Positions 1-13,433 of a DNA stretch of 64,000 bases are shown in pieces. This DNA comes from Azolla caroliniana (taxonomy: Eukaryota; Plantae; Polypodiophyta): NCBI GenBank assembly GCA_043228905.1, contig JBHGNT010000004.1:25866296-25930295 (forward strand), read 5' to 3'. The translations under genes were made by a program, and so were the position numbers. The notes under the pieces were generated by a model. The model ran no database searches and was not told the DNA's origin. It saw only the letters and a list, made by a program, of their open reading frames with translations. Position 1 is the stretch's first letter, and each line of letters starts with the position of its first letter.

Positions 1-2123
1 ACTTCCCAACCTTGATCGACCTTACGTCAGTTGCCTACTCTCGCTCTTGATCCCTCGCGTACATGCATGCTTTTTCATGATGGTGCCAGCTTCCAATTCA
101 TGCCCCATGTTTGTTTTTTTCTATCTATGTCCAGTAGGCTCTTCTTTTTGGATGTGTTGGCTTGGAACTAAACATTCGAGCATTTGGCCTTCCCTTTCCA
201 AATACACTAGGAATTCATCAACAGGTTTTATGAGCCATACTTCAACTTACATTGGAACCTCGTTTGTTTCAATATTGGGCTTTTGTTTGATCATATATTG
301 TGAGCTTATTGCCTATCATAAAGCTCCCGTTTTACACTACACTTGGGCTTCCTTGTTGTTGCGTTAATTCGTTGGTGTGATTTAAGATCACAAGGGGAAA
401 CATTCCTTTGCAATAATGTCCACAATATGAGGAGGGTTGCATAATGACTTGTTTTGTGGTTGTTTGCCATTGTTTTGTGCTTTTGACTATCACAACATAT
501 GAGATTGGCCTCCCAATCCAAATTGCATGGAATTGTTATGTTTCAAATTAGGCTTGAGTTGTTTATTACCCTTCGGAATTTATTACTTAGGATAAGGGTA
601 TTGTTCCATCTTACATTCCAAATTACCTTTACCTTGTCTAGCATTTTGGAGCTGGCTCAAGCTTGATACTTCCCATGTATCACTTCACTAAAAAAACAAT
701 ATTCAAATCCATGAGAGGGTTCCACTAGTTATTATGTTATTTTCTTGATGATCAACCACATTGATTTAGCTAAAAACTACATTCGTCTCAAGCAAATGTT
801 TATAATAATGCATAGTTTCTTTCGTGAAGTGCGAATTTATATGTTGGCATTGATCTCTCCTCCAACAAACATGTCACGCGATTGATATATGTATAGCCAC
901 ATATTGATTTTATGATATTCACAAGTTATTATGTTGTCCTGAGTCATCTATTGGCGATATTTCATGTATCGTGCTATAAATATCATCTACATTCAATACA
1001 ATGTCAAAAGTCACGCTATTTTTGCGTCCTTTACAAATCTTCACATTAATCCATACAAAGCTACGTGTTTTGTTGAAATAGTCCAACATTGTAAGTTGTC
1101 TAACTTGCATGCTCAATAAGACTCATGTTCCAACCATCTTAATCATTAATGGGTGTAAAGTTTCATATCTCATGTGTAACTTTAAGTGTTATATTGTCAT
1201 GAATAACATGTTGGTGTGGTGAGCATGTGCCATGGTATGCTCATTGGCCACAAATATAAGTAAAATCCATAAATGTTTCATTTTTCAATCAATGACTCTA
1301 CAAACCTTGTTGTTGATCCTTTGCATGCTCGTAATTTTATTACAATGGAGTATGGTACAAATGTTAGTATGTAATCACTTGTGTCTCATCAACAATGCCA
1401 TATAGGTTTATTGGCATTGACTTATAGTAGGCTTGTCATTATTATAACTTTCATCCATTTTTTTAGGACAAAGTATTATCGAAGTTACCTTGAACTATAA
1501 ACATGAATGTGTTTCACAATGGATGAACATTAGGCCCATCACTTTAGTCATCACCCCAACCACCACAACATCATGTTCATGCATTTAGCACATGGTTTAA
1601 TTTTATTATGCATACAAGTATGAGTGCAATTCTTCTACATTATGCAATGGCATTTCGTAATAATACATAGTGGAATATGATACATTGATTTGTAGCTTTT
1701 CAAGAAGCCTAAAAATAGTAACGTTTGAAAGATTGGTCGAGACGCACATTGTATTCGTAATACCAAGAAAGAAAATTAACACATTGGGAGATTGTCGATC
1801 AATAGCAATCAATAACAATGATGGAATTAATTTATCAATAAGTGAACTTCTACAATTTTGTGACAATATACTAAATTTCCATTTGAAGGTATAGGCAAAC
1901 ACATACATACATTTTAATGATGACGATTAAAAAATGAGTTTGAAGCATGGATATTGGACAACGTTACATTCATTAGGTCAAAGAATGAGAACAAAGATTT
2001 TCGTATCAAGGGAAGGGAGAAGTGAGGGATCACATATGTACATGCATGCACATAAGGACAAGGATTGCACCCCCCCTCCTTTATTGCATAAAACACAAAA
2101 AAGTCTGAGCATTATTTGCTACT

Positions 2124-3175
2124 TTTTTTCTTCTTCTTCTTCTTCTTTTCCAAAAAACATTTCCTTCATTAGTATTAAGAAAAAACGTCGGAAGGCTGCA
2201 AAATGTACAATTAGAGAGTGTTATATACAAAAAGGATGATCAAGGCAAGGGCTTCTAAATTGGTCGTTGAGAGGAGACCATGAATAGAGGCAACTTCTTC
2301 CATAACTACAGTAAAATTTTCCTTTTCTTAAGAACAACCTCTGAAGAGCCCCACATATTGTCATATTGTCCACACACTATTGCCAATAAGCTCTCCCATA
2401 ATTCCGGCAATATATATGATAGAAGAGGAATTATGGAATCATATCGTCTTTTACAATGATACTTCCATAATGTAACCGTAGATATTGTTTTCCATACATG
2501 GGTTGCATGCATTTGCTTTCGAGGTTGTTGAAAAGGGGAGACAAAAATTAGATGCTTGTTGATGATTGTTGTAGCCTCTGGAGCATCATCTGCCTCATAC
2601 AACAAGAGACTAGAATGGAGAACCCCTCCATACCGCCGATCCCCAAGAGAAGAGGCAACATGCATTAATTGTCAGGAATAAAGAAAAAACTTTATTTTGT
2701 ACCTATTGGGCTAGTGAACAGGACCATAGAGAATGCTTGGTAGTTTCTGGCAAGTCACTGCAATAACAACATTGTCTAAGAACAGTTGCCACATTTCCTT
2801 TCAATGATTGTCCTACTGGTAGTGTTGCATGTAGTAAAAGTCATCTTAAGAGAATATCTTTAGTTGGTTCCCTAAAAGACCAAATCCATTTCCAATAAGC
2901 CTTCAAATGAATGCTTGAAACACCCCACTTATTCCAGTGCTTTTGAGCTGGAAGAGTTGGAATATTATTTGACATGAGTAAGGTTCTACCAAATTTCCCA
3001 GTGTACTGAAAGAATAGAACGTTTTGTAATGGATCCATCATGGGACTGGTCCAGAACCATCCCCTTGGGTCCCACATCAGCCTATTAACTGGTTGTCGTG
3101 CATATAACCAAATCGTATCCCACAAAGGAGCTATCAGTTGTGGATCCAATAGCCATTTCTTACCAGTAAACGTTA
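2124..3175 (-). mobile_element. 5'-truncated L1-clade LINE (ORF2 C-terminal zinc-finger region plus 3' tail)
   Basis: The minus strand reads ...CYCSDLPETTKHSLWSCSLAQ, an L1 zf-RVT-like motif, with stops. An A/GAA-rich tail lies at 2124-2150. An 18-bp target-site duplication TGAGCATTATTTGCTACT occurs at 2106-2123 and 3176-3193. Confidence 0.8.
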
Positions 3176-3239
3176 TGAGCATTATTTGCTACTATAATGT
3201 ACTAAAAGAGGAATGAGCTTGAGGTTTCCCACTAAACAA

Positions 3240-6200
3240 TTTCTCTCTCTCAGAAGAGCTCACATGTTTCCCACATGGAGGAGGGGAAAGCATAATTGAT
3301 TGCCTAATAGGACACCCTGAAGCTACCCACATGGTTAACTCCTTCCGGGTGGCCCCATGCCCTATTGGTGCAGACCATAGCTTCCTATACTTTGAGCTAA
3401 AATGCGACACCTCCAACGCCACCAACTCCAGTCAACCAAACCATCACACCATAATACATTTCACGCATGAGCTCTTTGACATCTACTCCCAACATGTTCA
3501 AGCCCATCTCTCCTCTTTTGATTCTTCATTGCCTTTAGAGAACCTCACTACAGAACTCACACACATCCTTCACTCTGCAACTATTAGTAGCTTCCCATAC
3601 ACGAAACACTTCAATCACAGTAGAATAGGGTATATGCCACAAAACAAGTGGTATGATGAGGATTGTAGAGACTTGGATGGACAACTTAAAGTGTCGCGAC
3701 TTAGTGGTACTATTTCCTCACTACAGGCTCGCAAAGAGATGTGCAAGATGACACGTCATAAAAGATGAGCTTGGGAAGCATCTCAATATTGGGAACTCTA
3801 CCACATGCTCATGAGTAGGGATTGCGCCTTTGCATGGAAGAGACTACAGGAACCGAGACCACAAACACCCATTGAGGATCCCAATATTTGGCACACATAT
3901 ACAGAAAGACTCTACCATGTCCCGAACCAACCACCCGTTCCAATGCCTTCCACACTTCGACCTACCATAGGGACACTTCTCACGACCTCAAGGGTCATAA
4001 AGGTCATAAAAAAATTACAACATAGGAAATCCATGGACCACACAACATTGTGAGTCGAGCATATCATATATGCTTGATAGTACCTAGCCCCCTTTCTCAC
4101 TCTAATCTTCAACCGTGCCCTCGCCGAGGGTTTTCCACCACAATGGACCATAAACACAATGGCCCCTACACATAAAGGAGGGGGCCCAATGGACCCAAAT
4201 ACATATTGGACCATTATGATAGGTCATACGCTCGCTAAACTATATGGTGCAGTAATGGAAGTAGAGCTCAACGATTATATGAAAACATTAAGTCTTCGAG
4301 CACCTAAGCAGGTTGTCTTTAGACGAGCCTTCTCCACTATTGACCATATCTTCACACTTAGGTGCTTAATTGACCAGACGAAGGCTCGTAAGAAGAAACT
4401 ATATTGTTGCTTTGTGGACTTCCGCAAAGCCTTTGACACAGTTCCTAAGGAGAGGTTGTTTGATAGAATTAAAAGCTTGGAGATACCAAATGACATGATC
4501 TGGGCCATTTATGCTCTAGGTGTGTACGATGCCCAGGTGGCCTATCTGATTGCGTCACCAGCACCATTGGTGTAAAACAGGGTTGCCCCCTATTAGCGAC
4601 TCTTTTTGGGATCTACATTGATGAGATCACTGATTTTATTGCTCGTAAGGGAAGCAATGGAATAGTTATTGGGGGTACGCAAGTTAGTCTCTTACTCTAC
4701 GTAGTCGACATCGTCTTGCTCTCAGAGTCTAAACACGACCTACAAAAGCATCTTAATGCCCTAGATGACTTTTGCACACAACGAGGACTTGGTAGTGAAT
4801 CTAGCGAAAACTAAAGTCCTTATCTTTCATACATCATCCCGAGATAGGAGTAAATGTCACCTGATCCTCTCTCATAAACTAGTTGAGGTAGTTGGATCAT
4901 ATGTATACTTGGGAGTCTCTTTTAGTGCTCGTTCAGGTAAATTCTCAATGACCCAGGCAACCAAAGATAGGCTAACGAGAGGGTATGTATCCCTCTCACT
5001 CTTAGAGAGACAATGCCACCAGGCATACGTTCAAGAGTCACGGACTAAGGGATGGCTCTTTGACACATTTGTGACCCCTGCCCTCGTGTATGCATTAGTA
5101 GTATGGGCTCCAGGTCTACCATCTTTCATGTGGACGCAATTAGAGAGACCTTTGGTAACGATGCTATCACGTCAACTCCGAGGCAAATCGACAATACCAC
5201 ATGACATATTAGAGTAGAGTTCAGTTTGCCCTCGATGTTAGTAGAAGCAATTTTCCAAGTGGTAGTTTTTATTCATCGGATACATAGTCAACCACAAGAT
5301 AGGATCTCCCATCGAGCCTTTGAGGCATCCCGATCCCTATATGCATCTAGAGACACTAGCTCTTGGTATAGCATTGTAGTGAGTTGGTTACTTGCAAATG
5401 ACATAAACATTAATAACCTACCTCCCCTTAAGTACAACCGTGGAACTGATCAAACTTTAATATCTCATGAAGACCGTAATAAGTAATATGCCAAAAAATA
5501 TGGCAAATTTACACCCGATATACATGGATCACCCCACGAGAGCCACTCCCATCTAAAATGTTGTACTATAAGGAACACTTCTTGCACTTCTCTAAGTTAG
5601 GTTTTATTACACGACCAAGATATCTAGATACATTCTTATCAAATGCACTAAGGGTGGTCATTGGACAACTTAGGATATCATCTCACCAACTTGAGATTGA
5701 GAATGGTCAGGCTAATAGAGTCCCTAGAGAGGAAAGGATATGTACATTATGTCACATAGAGATAGAGGATGAGTATCACTTTACATGCAAGTGTCCAACC
5801 TATGCCGAGATAAGGGTAGAATACTAAGACATATTAGGACCCTCTCCCACCCTCTCTAAACTATTAGATACCCCGAATATATGATCACTCAAAGGTCAAG
5901 AGTCACACCACTACTCTCTACACATTAACTATGTGTCATAGAATCATATTCTATGACACATAACTAATGAGTTCCATATTCCCTGTGACTATGATTCTTC
6001 ACATTCCCCAAGAGAGAGTAGTTGTTGTAGTGAGTTAATGAAAAGAGAGGGTGACCTTATATAAAGCACCCTTCTCCTACTTCATAGAAAGTCGGTTGTG
6101 ACTCCTCGTAATGCTACATTTTGTATTTGTTATTCTACTTGTGAATATACACCTTCTTCTTGAGTATTCGATTTTCCATTCAATCTAATTTATCTATATT

Positions 6201-6832
6201 GTGTTTTCTCTTCTCTTCTCTCTTTCCTCTCACACATACACATAACACACATCTCTTTCCGCTGCATAAGAATCGTATCTGATTCTTTACACTTAGAGCT
6301 AAAACAACATAGGGAGAATAAGCTACAAAGTGTTAACCATAACCCTTTTAATATTCATCGACATGTCAGTAGTGTAATTTTTCAGGAACAAGGGGAGACG
6401 ATGAATGTGGTTACACTTACACCACTCGGCCTCTCTCTTGAGAAAACATAAATGCAAAGAACAACCAAACGCCCTTAGATGTTGGGCTTCAAAACAACTC
6501 GACGTGGAGTAGAAACAATTAAGAATATAAGGGAACGTGAGTTACGCCGACTAGAAGCTATGGTTGGGGTACCTTCTACATTGGGACCACGGGGGGCCAC
6601 ATCCACATTGAAACCCTTTGACCTCCCGCTTCTTTTCGAGACACTTGGATGGAAATGAAACTAGGCCTAGTATAAAGCCATTCCATTGTAGAACATGTTT
6701 GTTATTTTACTATAACTATATAGCTTAAGCTGTATTTTTATTTTATTTTATTTTTACTTTCGATGAATGGGCAAATATCCCATTTTGTTGCAAACCAATT
6801 GTTTGATGGGCCAATTTTGGCCTTAGAAACGT

Positions 6833-6879
<47 letters not shown>
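3240..6879 (+). mobile_element. Degenerate RTEX-type non-LTR retrotransposon (endonuclease C-terminus, RT, C-terminal Zn finger)
   Basis: Endonuclease end (GESIIDCL...GADH), RT motifs (FRRAFSTIDHIFTLR, CFVDFRKAFDTV, GVKQGCPL, YVVDIVLL) and the Zn finger LRISSHQLEIENG...PREERICTLCHIEIEDEYHFTCKCPTY. There are many stops and frameshifts. A 3' hairpin at 6809-6822 is followed by a (TC)n tail. Confidence 0.85.
5882..6291 (+). mobile_element. Partial solo LTR inserted in the RTEX LINE
   Basis: It interrupts the LINE frame between ...LLDTPNI and LELKQHRENK..., contains a TATATAAA box near 6058 and ends in TTTACA. The 5' TG terminus and TSD are not visible. Confidence 0.5.
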
Positions 6880-6881
<2 letters not shown>

Positions 6882-8089
6882 GAGTCACACTGTTAAGAGT
6901 CACCAAACTCTGTACATTCAATTTCAGTTTCACATACTCCCAACACATGTTTTCTGATATATTATTGATCTTTTACATCTTAGTCTCTTCGTTACACATC
7001 TCACACAAAAGTAGTCATACACAACAATCTTGCTCATAGAGAGAATCCCTAACTTATTCCACGTAAACATATAGGACACATGACCAACACCACCACAACT
7101 TTGTTGGTTTAGGCTATTTGCATGCCTAGGAGATGGTGTAATTCACATGATTTGTTCTTGATGTTCTTGGATGCACATAACTTCATAAAATCAACAATGA
7201 CATCAATGGATTTAAAATAGGATCACATCCCATGGAGCATGTTTGACAAGGCATCTAATTGTGGAGGAATTTGACGCCACTCTAGGGAGACCCATGAAAA
7301 ACTTCTTCCAACCTCACATAGTAGAATGTGCAATTGTGCTTGACCATGTTGTTTTGTGGGTCCGGTGTTTGCACAATGCTTGAACATCAAAATGGGGGCA
7401 ATGGATCAATATGTTGCCACATTGTGTCTTGGTTTATGCATAGGCACTATTTGGAAACCATGACCCATTTAAAGGGATGGTTAGATAACTAGAGAATTGA
7501 CATTGGATCTCTCCTATGCAAAGGTTATAAATGAAATGTAGGTGCCCTCCGTGTAGGGCAATGACCCTATTATGGTAGCATTTTTATACTTGTGACCATT
7601 GTCCCCAACTCATACTTTTGTAAATCCCGAAATCCACCTCTCTATGTATGGCCAACCAAAGCTACCTACATCCCCTAATTGATACTAACAATCAAACACT
7701 TGGTCTATTCACCCTAGGAAAGTATGGCCTTTTAACTATTCTACGAGATGATGTGCTTGACATCGTTGGAATGTACTTTTATTGTTCTTATAGGCTTTTG
7801 AGCATATTAAAATAATAGTTCGGTTATTTAGCCGTGTTTTTACTAACTGATCCTTCAAAGATAATGTCTCACTATTTCTTTTACTTTCCATATAATCCAT
7901 GAAGTTCAAAAATATTGCATTTAACCTATAAAAGTCTTAGTTTCACCAATTGCAAAACTTTGCATCTATCCACCAAGATTCAATTCTCGAACCCCACTAT
8001 TTGCATTAATTTGCATCACACCCATAATACCGTATTTGATCTCTCATAAACATAAATAAATTACTTATCTGTTATACATTTTTCTTTAA

Positions 8090-8790
8090 ATGGTATGATA
8101 TTTAATATTGAAACTTGGGAACACAATGACTCAAAAGTTTCAAGGTTTGATAAATACAATGACGTTATTTTAGATGGACAAATAAATCCAATGCACTAAA
8201 GAGAACAAAGACGTGTATCATGCTTGACTAAGAGTGGATTTGGAGGTTATGTTTCTATAATCAATTAGTACGAGTACCAAAGAAATTCCTACTTGCATCT
8301 CACCATGATTACAATTTTTATTTTTGTTTCTATAAATATCATTTTGTCAAGCTAGAATACAACACCAATTACTTCACAACCACGGGAGAGGTTATTGTCT
8401 TTGGTGACATGAATGCACATATAAGAACTTTGCAACGTGACACAAAATAATATGTCATGCCATGTATCTCGAGGATGCCACAGGATAAACATAGTTATGG
8501 TCAAACATCAATTGGTAGAAAAAAGTTGAATGAATATCAAAAGTCAGCTATACACATGTGTAGTATTGGAATACATGAATACTTATGGAATGACATTGAT
8601 GGCTTCACGCTTCGCACGTAGAAAACATGATTGACTATTTAGTACTTACGGAGGTAAATTGGAACATATGCTCAAAGTTATATTCGATCTATGGACTTTG
8701 GAATTGGATAATATGACTTTACGCATGCATCTTAAATATATAGATGGACTCAACCTCGTAAAGTTCGACCACAGTGAGATATCATCATTT
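8090..8790 (+). mobile_element. LINE apurinic-like endonuclease remnant
   Basis: Ordered APE motifs IETWEH (~8107), SGFGG (~8233), VIVFGDMNA (~8390), MIDYL (~8627) and FDH (~8764), broken by stops. Confidence 0.6.
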
Positions 8791-9369
8791 ATTGGCAAAG
8801 ACTTCAACAAATATGGGTGCCTCAAACTTATAATTGGTCAATGGACTTTGGAATTGGATAATATGACTTTATCCATACACCTTAAAGCTATGGATGGACT
8901 CAACCTTTAACACGATATCATCATTACCGGGCAAAGCCTTTAACAAACATAGGTGCTAAGATTGGTGAGACGATATATAAAGATGTGATGCTAAAACATG
9001 CAACACTTGCATGTAAGTGTGATACTTTTAATAATACGTTTATTCTTGCATACATAAAAGTTTATTCATTAAAACACTTGATATGGTGCTTTGTAAGTAT
9101 CTTTAGTGATGCACATAAGAACTACTATAATTGCTTTGGCGTTGAGCATACCACTTTCACATACTCTGTTTTGATATGGTTTTGGATTTTGCACAATGGG
9201 AAGGTTTTTATTTATTTTAAGAAAGCATATCCTTCCATTAGTTTTAAAAAGCATATCAACTACAAAATACAAAATGATGGAAAGGAAGTGATTATCCTTC
9301 CCCAACCCGTCTTGTGTAAGACAATAGCTACCCATCAAACCTTCGTTCGATAGACGTGATTGAGCACTT

Positions 9370-10270
9370 CTTCAATAGTTGAAACGTACCATGAATTTGC
9401 ATATGTTCAAACCAAATCAATCTTCTGCATCATGTTCATATTCAACATATCCAGATACCACATTTGGGTCATCACATGCATTCAATATACAACCACATTT
9501 ACAATGACCAAGCATCCTCTATTTTCCATATTCAATGTAAAACTCAAGCAAAACATTATGGTATATAGGTCATTTTGTATGCCTCGATCCATGATTCCAG
9601 CATGTATGAACATGCCTTCATGTAAAGCCATGTGATCAACACCCACTTGACGGGATCTCAGCTCATCTAACAGTTTGTATGCATCTTATAAACTTCCACA
9701 TGTTGCATACAAATCAACCATGGTTCTAATGAGCGTATTCAAGTTGATACCTATCTGAGTGATGACAATATGGATTTCTTTTCCTTTCTTTTAACTCAGA
9801 TGTGTTCGAACATGAAAATCACATCTTGAATGCAAGCTTTGAAGAATGTGACACCATCCATCACATAAGAAGAAACAGACTTCTTCTGAATGCATACATA
9901 AGAGCACCCCCCCTCCCTGTTTCAATGACTCCATCCATCTCATAAGAAGAAATGGGATTCTATATACATATCAGATAACATATTAGTGATTACAAGATCA
10001 TGTTCCAGACCCTTTTCCTTTCTTTTAACTCAAATGTGTTTGAACATGAAAATCACATCTTGAATGTAAGATTTGAAGAACAATGACATGACCATCCATC
10101 ACATAAGGAAAAACGGACTTCTTCCGAATGCATACATAAGAGCATCCCCCCCCCCCCCCCCCATCTATTTCAATGACTCCATCCATGTCATAAGAAGAAA
10201 TGGGATTCTACATACATATCACTTAGCATATTAGTGATTACAAGATCATGTTCCAAACCTAGTTTTCAGA
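9370..10270 (-). pseudogene. PLS-class pentatricopeptide-repeat (PPR) gene fragment
   Basis: The minus strand reads GLEHDLVITNMLSDMYV and GKEIHIVITQIGINLNTLIRTMVDLYATCGSL*DAYKLLDEL, resembling the PLS PPR consensus GKEIH...LVDMYAKCGSLEDA. Stops and frameshifts are present. Confidence 0.65.
9778..10259. repeat. Tandem duplication of a ~235-250 bp unit (2 copies)
   Basis: CTTTTCCTTTCTTTTAACTCA...GATCATGTTCCA occurs at 9778-10010 and 10012-10259. The second copy has an expanded poly-C tract. Confidence 0.9.
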
Positions 10271-10689
10271 ATTCGCTTCTTATCCTTTTTCTACTACTCA
10301 AAGAGCAAAATTCCAGATAAGCCATGTTGCCATATTTTCTTTTGATATAATCAACAAACCAGAAAATAAGTCTTGAAGGTCTTTCTTCTTGGCACAATGG
10401 GAAGGAATTAATGGCATTGCCATTGGGAATACATGATTCATGCATTTGCTACATGCAAATGATTTGGTGATTTAAAAAGCACAAAATCTTTAAACTCAAA
10501 AGTATCATGAAAGCAAAAGATTAAGTTATACATTAATGTAATCAACGAAGTAACGATTTAGATGGTATGATTGCACAATGATGTCCCAACCTTCGACATC
10601 TTTGACAAATGCTTCAATATTTAGGTCAACTAATGAAATATTTTTGCAATGTCAATGTATCGCAATTTGGGAGACATAAAAAGTTCGTA

Positions 10690-11900
10690 AGTTTCATCAA
10701 ATTTCTTTTCTTTCTCATTTTCCTTTTCAGAAAAGAATATCCTCCCATTAGTTAAGAAAAGTCATGTTGGCTACAACATACAAAGTAGGTGGAAAAGAGG
10801 CCACAATACTTCTTAAACCCATTGTGAAAGTCAACGGCAAGCAAAATATACCCCCTTTAAACGAGCTAAGTAGATGAATCTATATACATCAAAAGTACTC
10901 GAGAATAACCAATGGGGAGAAAAGTGCTAGATCATCTTACAATTTACCAACCCAACAACTGTAAAGCAACTCCAAAGCTTTAGAAATGCAAATTGTAATA
11001 ACCACCCAAAATACATATGTGTGGGTATATTGTCCTATTCAACTTTTACTAATGTCATCGATTTTGACCAAACAAAAGCAATGATTTGTTGAATTGGCAT
11101 TTTGTGACCTTAAAACATTTGCATACATTGTGCTTTCCATAAAGACTATGCAAACTATTGGTGCCAATCTATCCCATAACTCCTTTAATTGTGAAACAAC
11201 ATTCAATCCGACATTAGATATTTCAAGAATCCAATATCCAAATTGTTAATTTTGAAATCACAACGTTGGTTCCATCTCATACGAAGAAACCAAGTTATCA
11301 AATAAACTCCATACTACATTGCCCCATGGAAGAAAGACCAACAACATTCAAAAACCTACTCCAAAACTGTGTAACGAATATACACCCCCAAAAACAATGA
11401 CAAAGCAATTTGTGTGATTGATGAATCATACAAACTACTTGTGCATGAAGTAACCATACACAAACTAGAACTCTATGACAAACCAACCATCACTTGAAAG
11501 CTGAATTTTTTTGAGCAATTGGCCGAAAAAAATACTCAACAAATGATAAAAAAACCCTACAAAATTCCAATAAGCAATTGAGCCAAAACTATTATGATTC
11601 TTATTGGGAATAATATATCTACCTAACTTTATTGAGTATTGAAAAAATTAATCGGTTTACTCTTCAATGCAAGTGGTTCCTTCCAGACAAAATCTCTAGG
11701 ATTCCAAAATAACCACACCAAAGGATGCATATCCAACACCCACAAAATCCATCTATCTTTTAGATCGTGTGGATTCGGGTAACTTAACCAATCATTAGAC
11801 GATCCAACCAATGGTCTTGCCATATGAACCTCAACTAACTACAAAACTATAAACATCACATATGTTGCACAAATCTACAAATTTATTTACTTCTCTTAAT
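10690..11900 (-). mobile_element. Degenerate L1-clade LINE 3' portion
   Basis: The minus strand reads CHCFWGCIFVTQFWSR (zf-RVT-like). The tail signature CATTAGTTAAGAAAA is shared with the elements at 2124 and 22100. Boundaries are approximate. Confidence 0.5.
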
Positions 11901-13433
11901 AACTAAAACTATTGATGTGAGATGTGGCAATGGGGTCCAAAATGAAGAGAATCATCAATTGTGTATATTGTTTCTACAAGTTCTAGAGTCCATCACTTTT
12001 GAGCCTAGGTACCCACTTTCTCAATCATATCTCTTTTTGTCACAATTTCTCTCTCATGCACGACATGCATTCCTAATTCTAGGCTGAGTTGTTGAATACT
12101 GAGAATTGCTTACCAATTGTTATATAAACTACATGACAAAACCATGTCACTTTGGTCAATACGTAATATTTGTCATGAGATTAAAATATATTGGTCTATC
12201 TATCACAAATCTTCTCTTTGAAGTTATAAGCACAACATTTCATTTTTCATCTATATGCTTTACCACCAGCAAGTTTGAAGAGGAAAGTAATCCCCCTATT
12301 TCTCTTCAAGAAAGGGGGAAAGAGAGATTTGGTGTCACTCGGGATAATTTATACTTTCAAAATTAAATAATATGATCATCTCATAGTCTAGCATTGGCTT
12401 CAACAAATCATATGTTTGCTTCTTGTGGATGCTAACAATAACTCTATCTATTCATCTCACGACAGAGAGTAGCTAATCATACCTCAAAGGTTCACATTAT
12501 TGGCAAATAAAGGCACACTTTTCTTCTTCTTTTCTCTAGACGTCCCTCAACATGTAAGGGTTGAATGCATGATCTCAGCTTCACTGAACTGTCTACATTT
12601 ACTATTATGACATCCTCTCTTTCTCTCTCTGTCAACTATCATTGGGATATGAACAAATTTGTAGGCCTTCAAATGTTGGTATAAAATTTACAATGAGGAT
12701 GGGATGCATTTACACATGGTGTGATTTGTACCTTTACTCTTTAGAAATGTGACATTTTAGGATTTGATTGTTAGAGTAGAAATGTAGTTTTTACCAATGT
12801 AAAAAATTCAAAAAATATTTTGTAGATTCACCCACCTAAGTTGGAGATGCGCCTTAGGAACGTTATTCCGCAATAATGAAAGCCCTAATTCATCCGAAAA
12901 AGAAGCGAATTAGTTATAAATAGTTCTATAATGTACACATTTTTAAATTTAGCTATGACCTAAAATAAAATAAAAATCCAAAAAAACACTACTTCGCGTT
13001 AGTTAGCAAATACAATACAACAGAGTTTAGCTATAACCTGCAATATTAAGTGTAAGTTGTAACAATGAAAAAAAGGTACCCTCTCTAGTATTGCAAAGTA
13101 TTATTGGCCAATGTCAACCTTGTTTTCTATTAACATTTGAGACAAACAATGATATATTCGAGAATTGGGGAGTTAATGTGGTTTATGTCTTTCCGTTTGT
13201 AGTGAAACTAATTTGGGCCAACTTCCTCTTTTGGAAAATGTGTCTTGCAAATATTAATGGATGACTGACATTTTATGGGTTCTACTATCAGTATTGATTA
13301 ATCATTTAAATCAAATGCATCTTTCTTTGGTATTAGGGTTTTTTGAGACTTCAATATTGGGAAGCTTTCAAGTTGTCACATAATATTTGTGAATTTCTTC
13401 AATAAAATAATTCAAGTTTATGAAGGCTTCATT

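Noticed and set aside
1-1600. Possible decayed DNA-transposon coding sequence on the minus strand
   Set aside because: It is riddled with stops and no diagnostic motif could be recognised.
1600-2060. Weak RT-like words (NTLGDCRSIAI, KHGYWTTLH)
   Set aside because: Too degenerate to call without an alignment.
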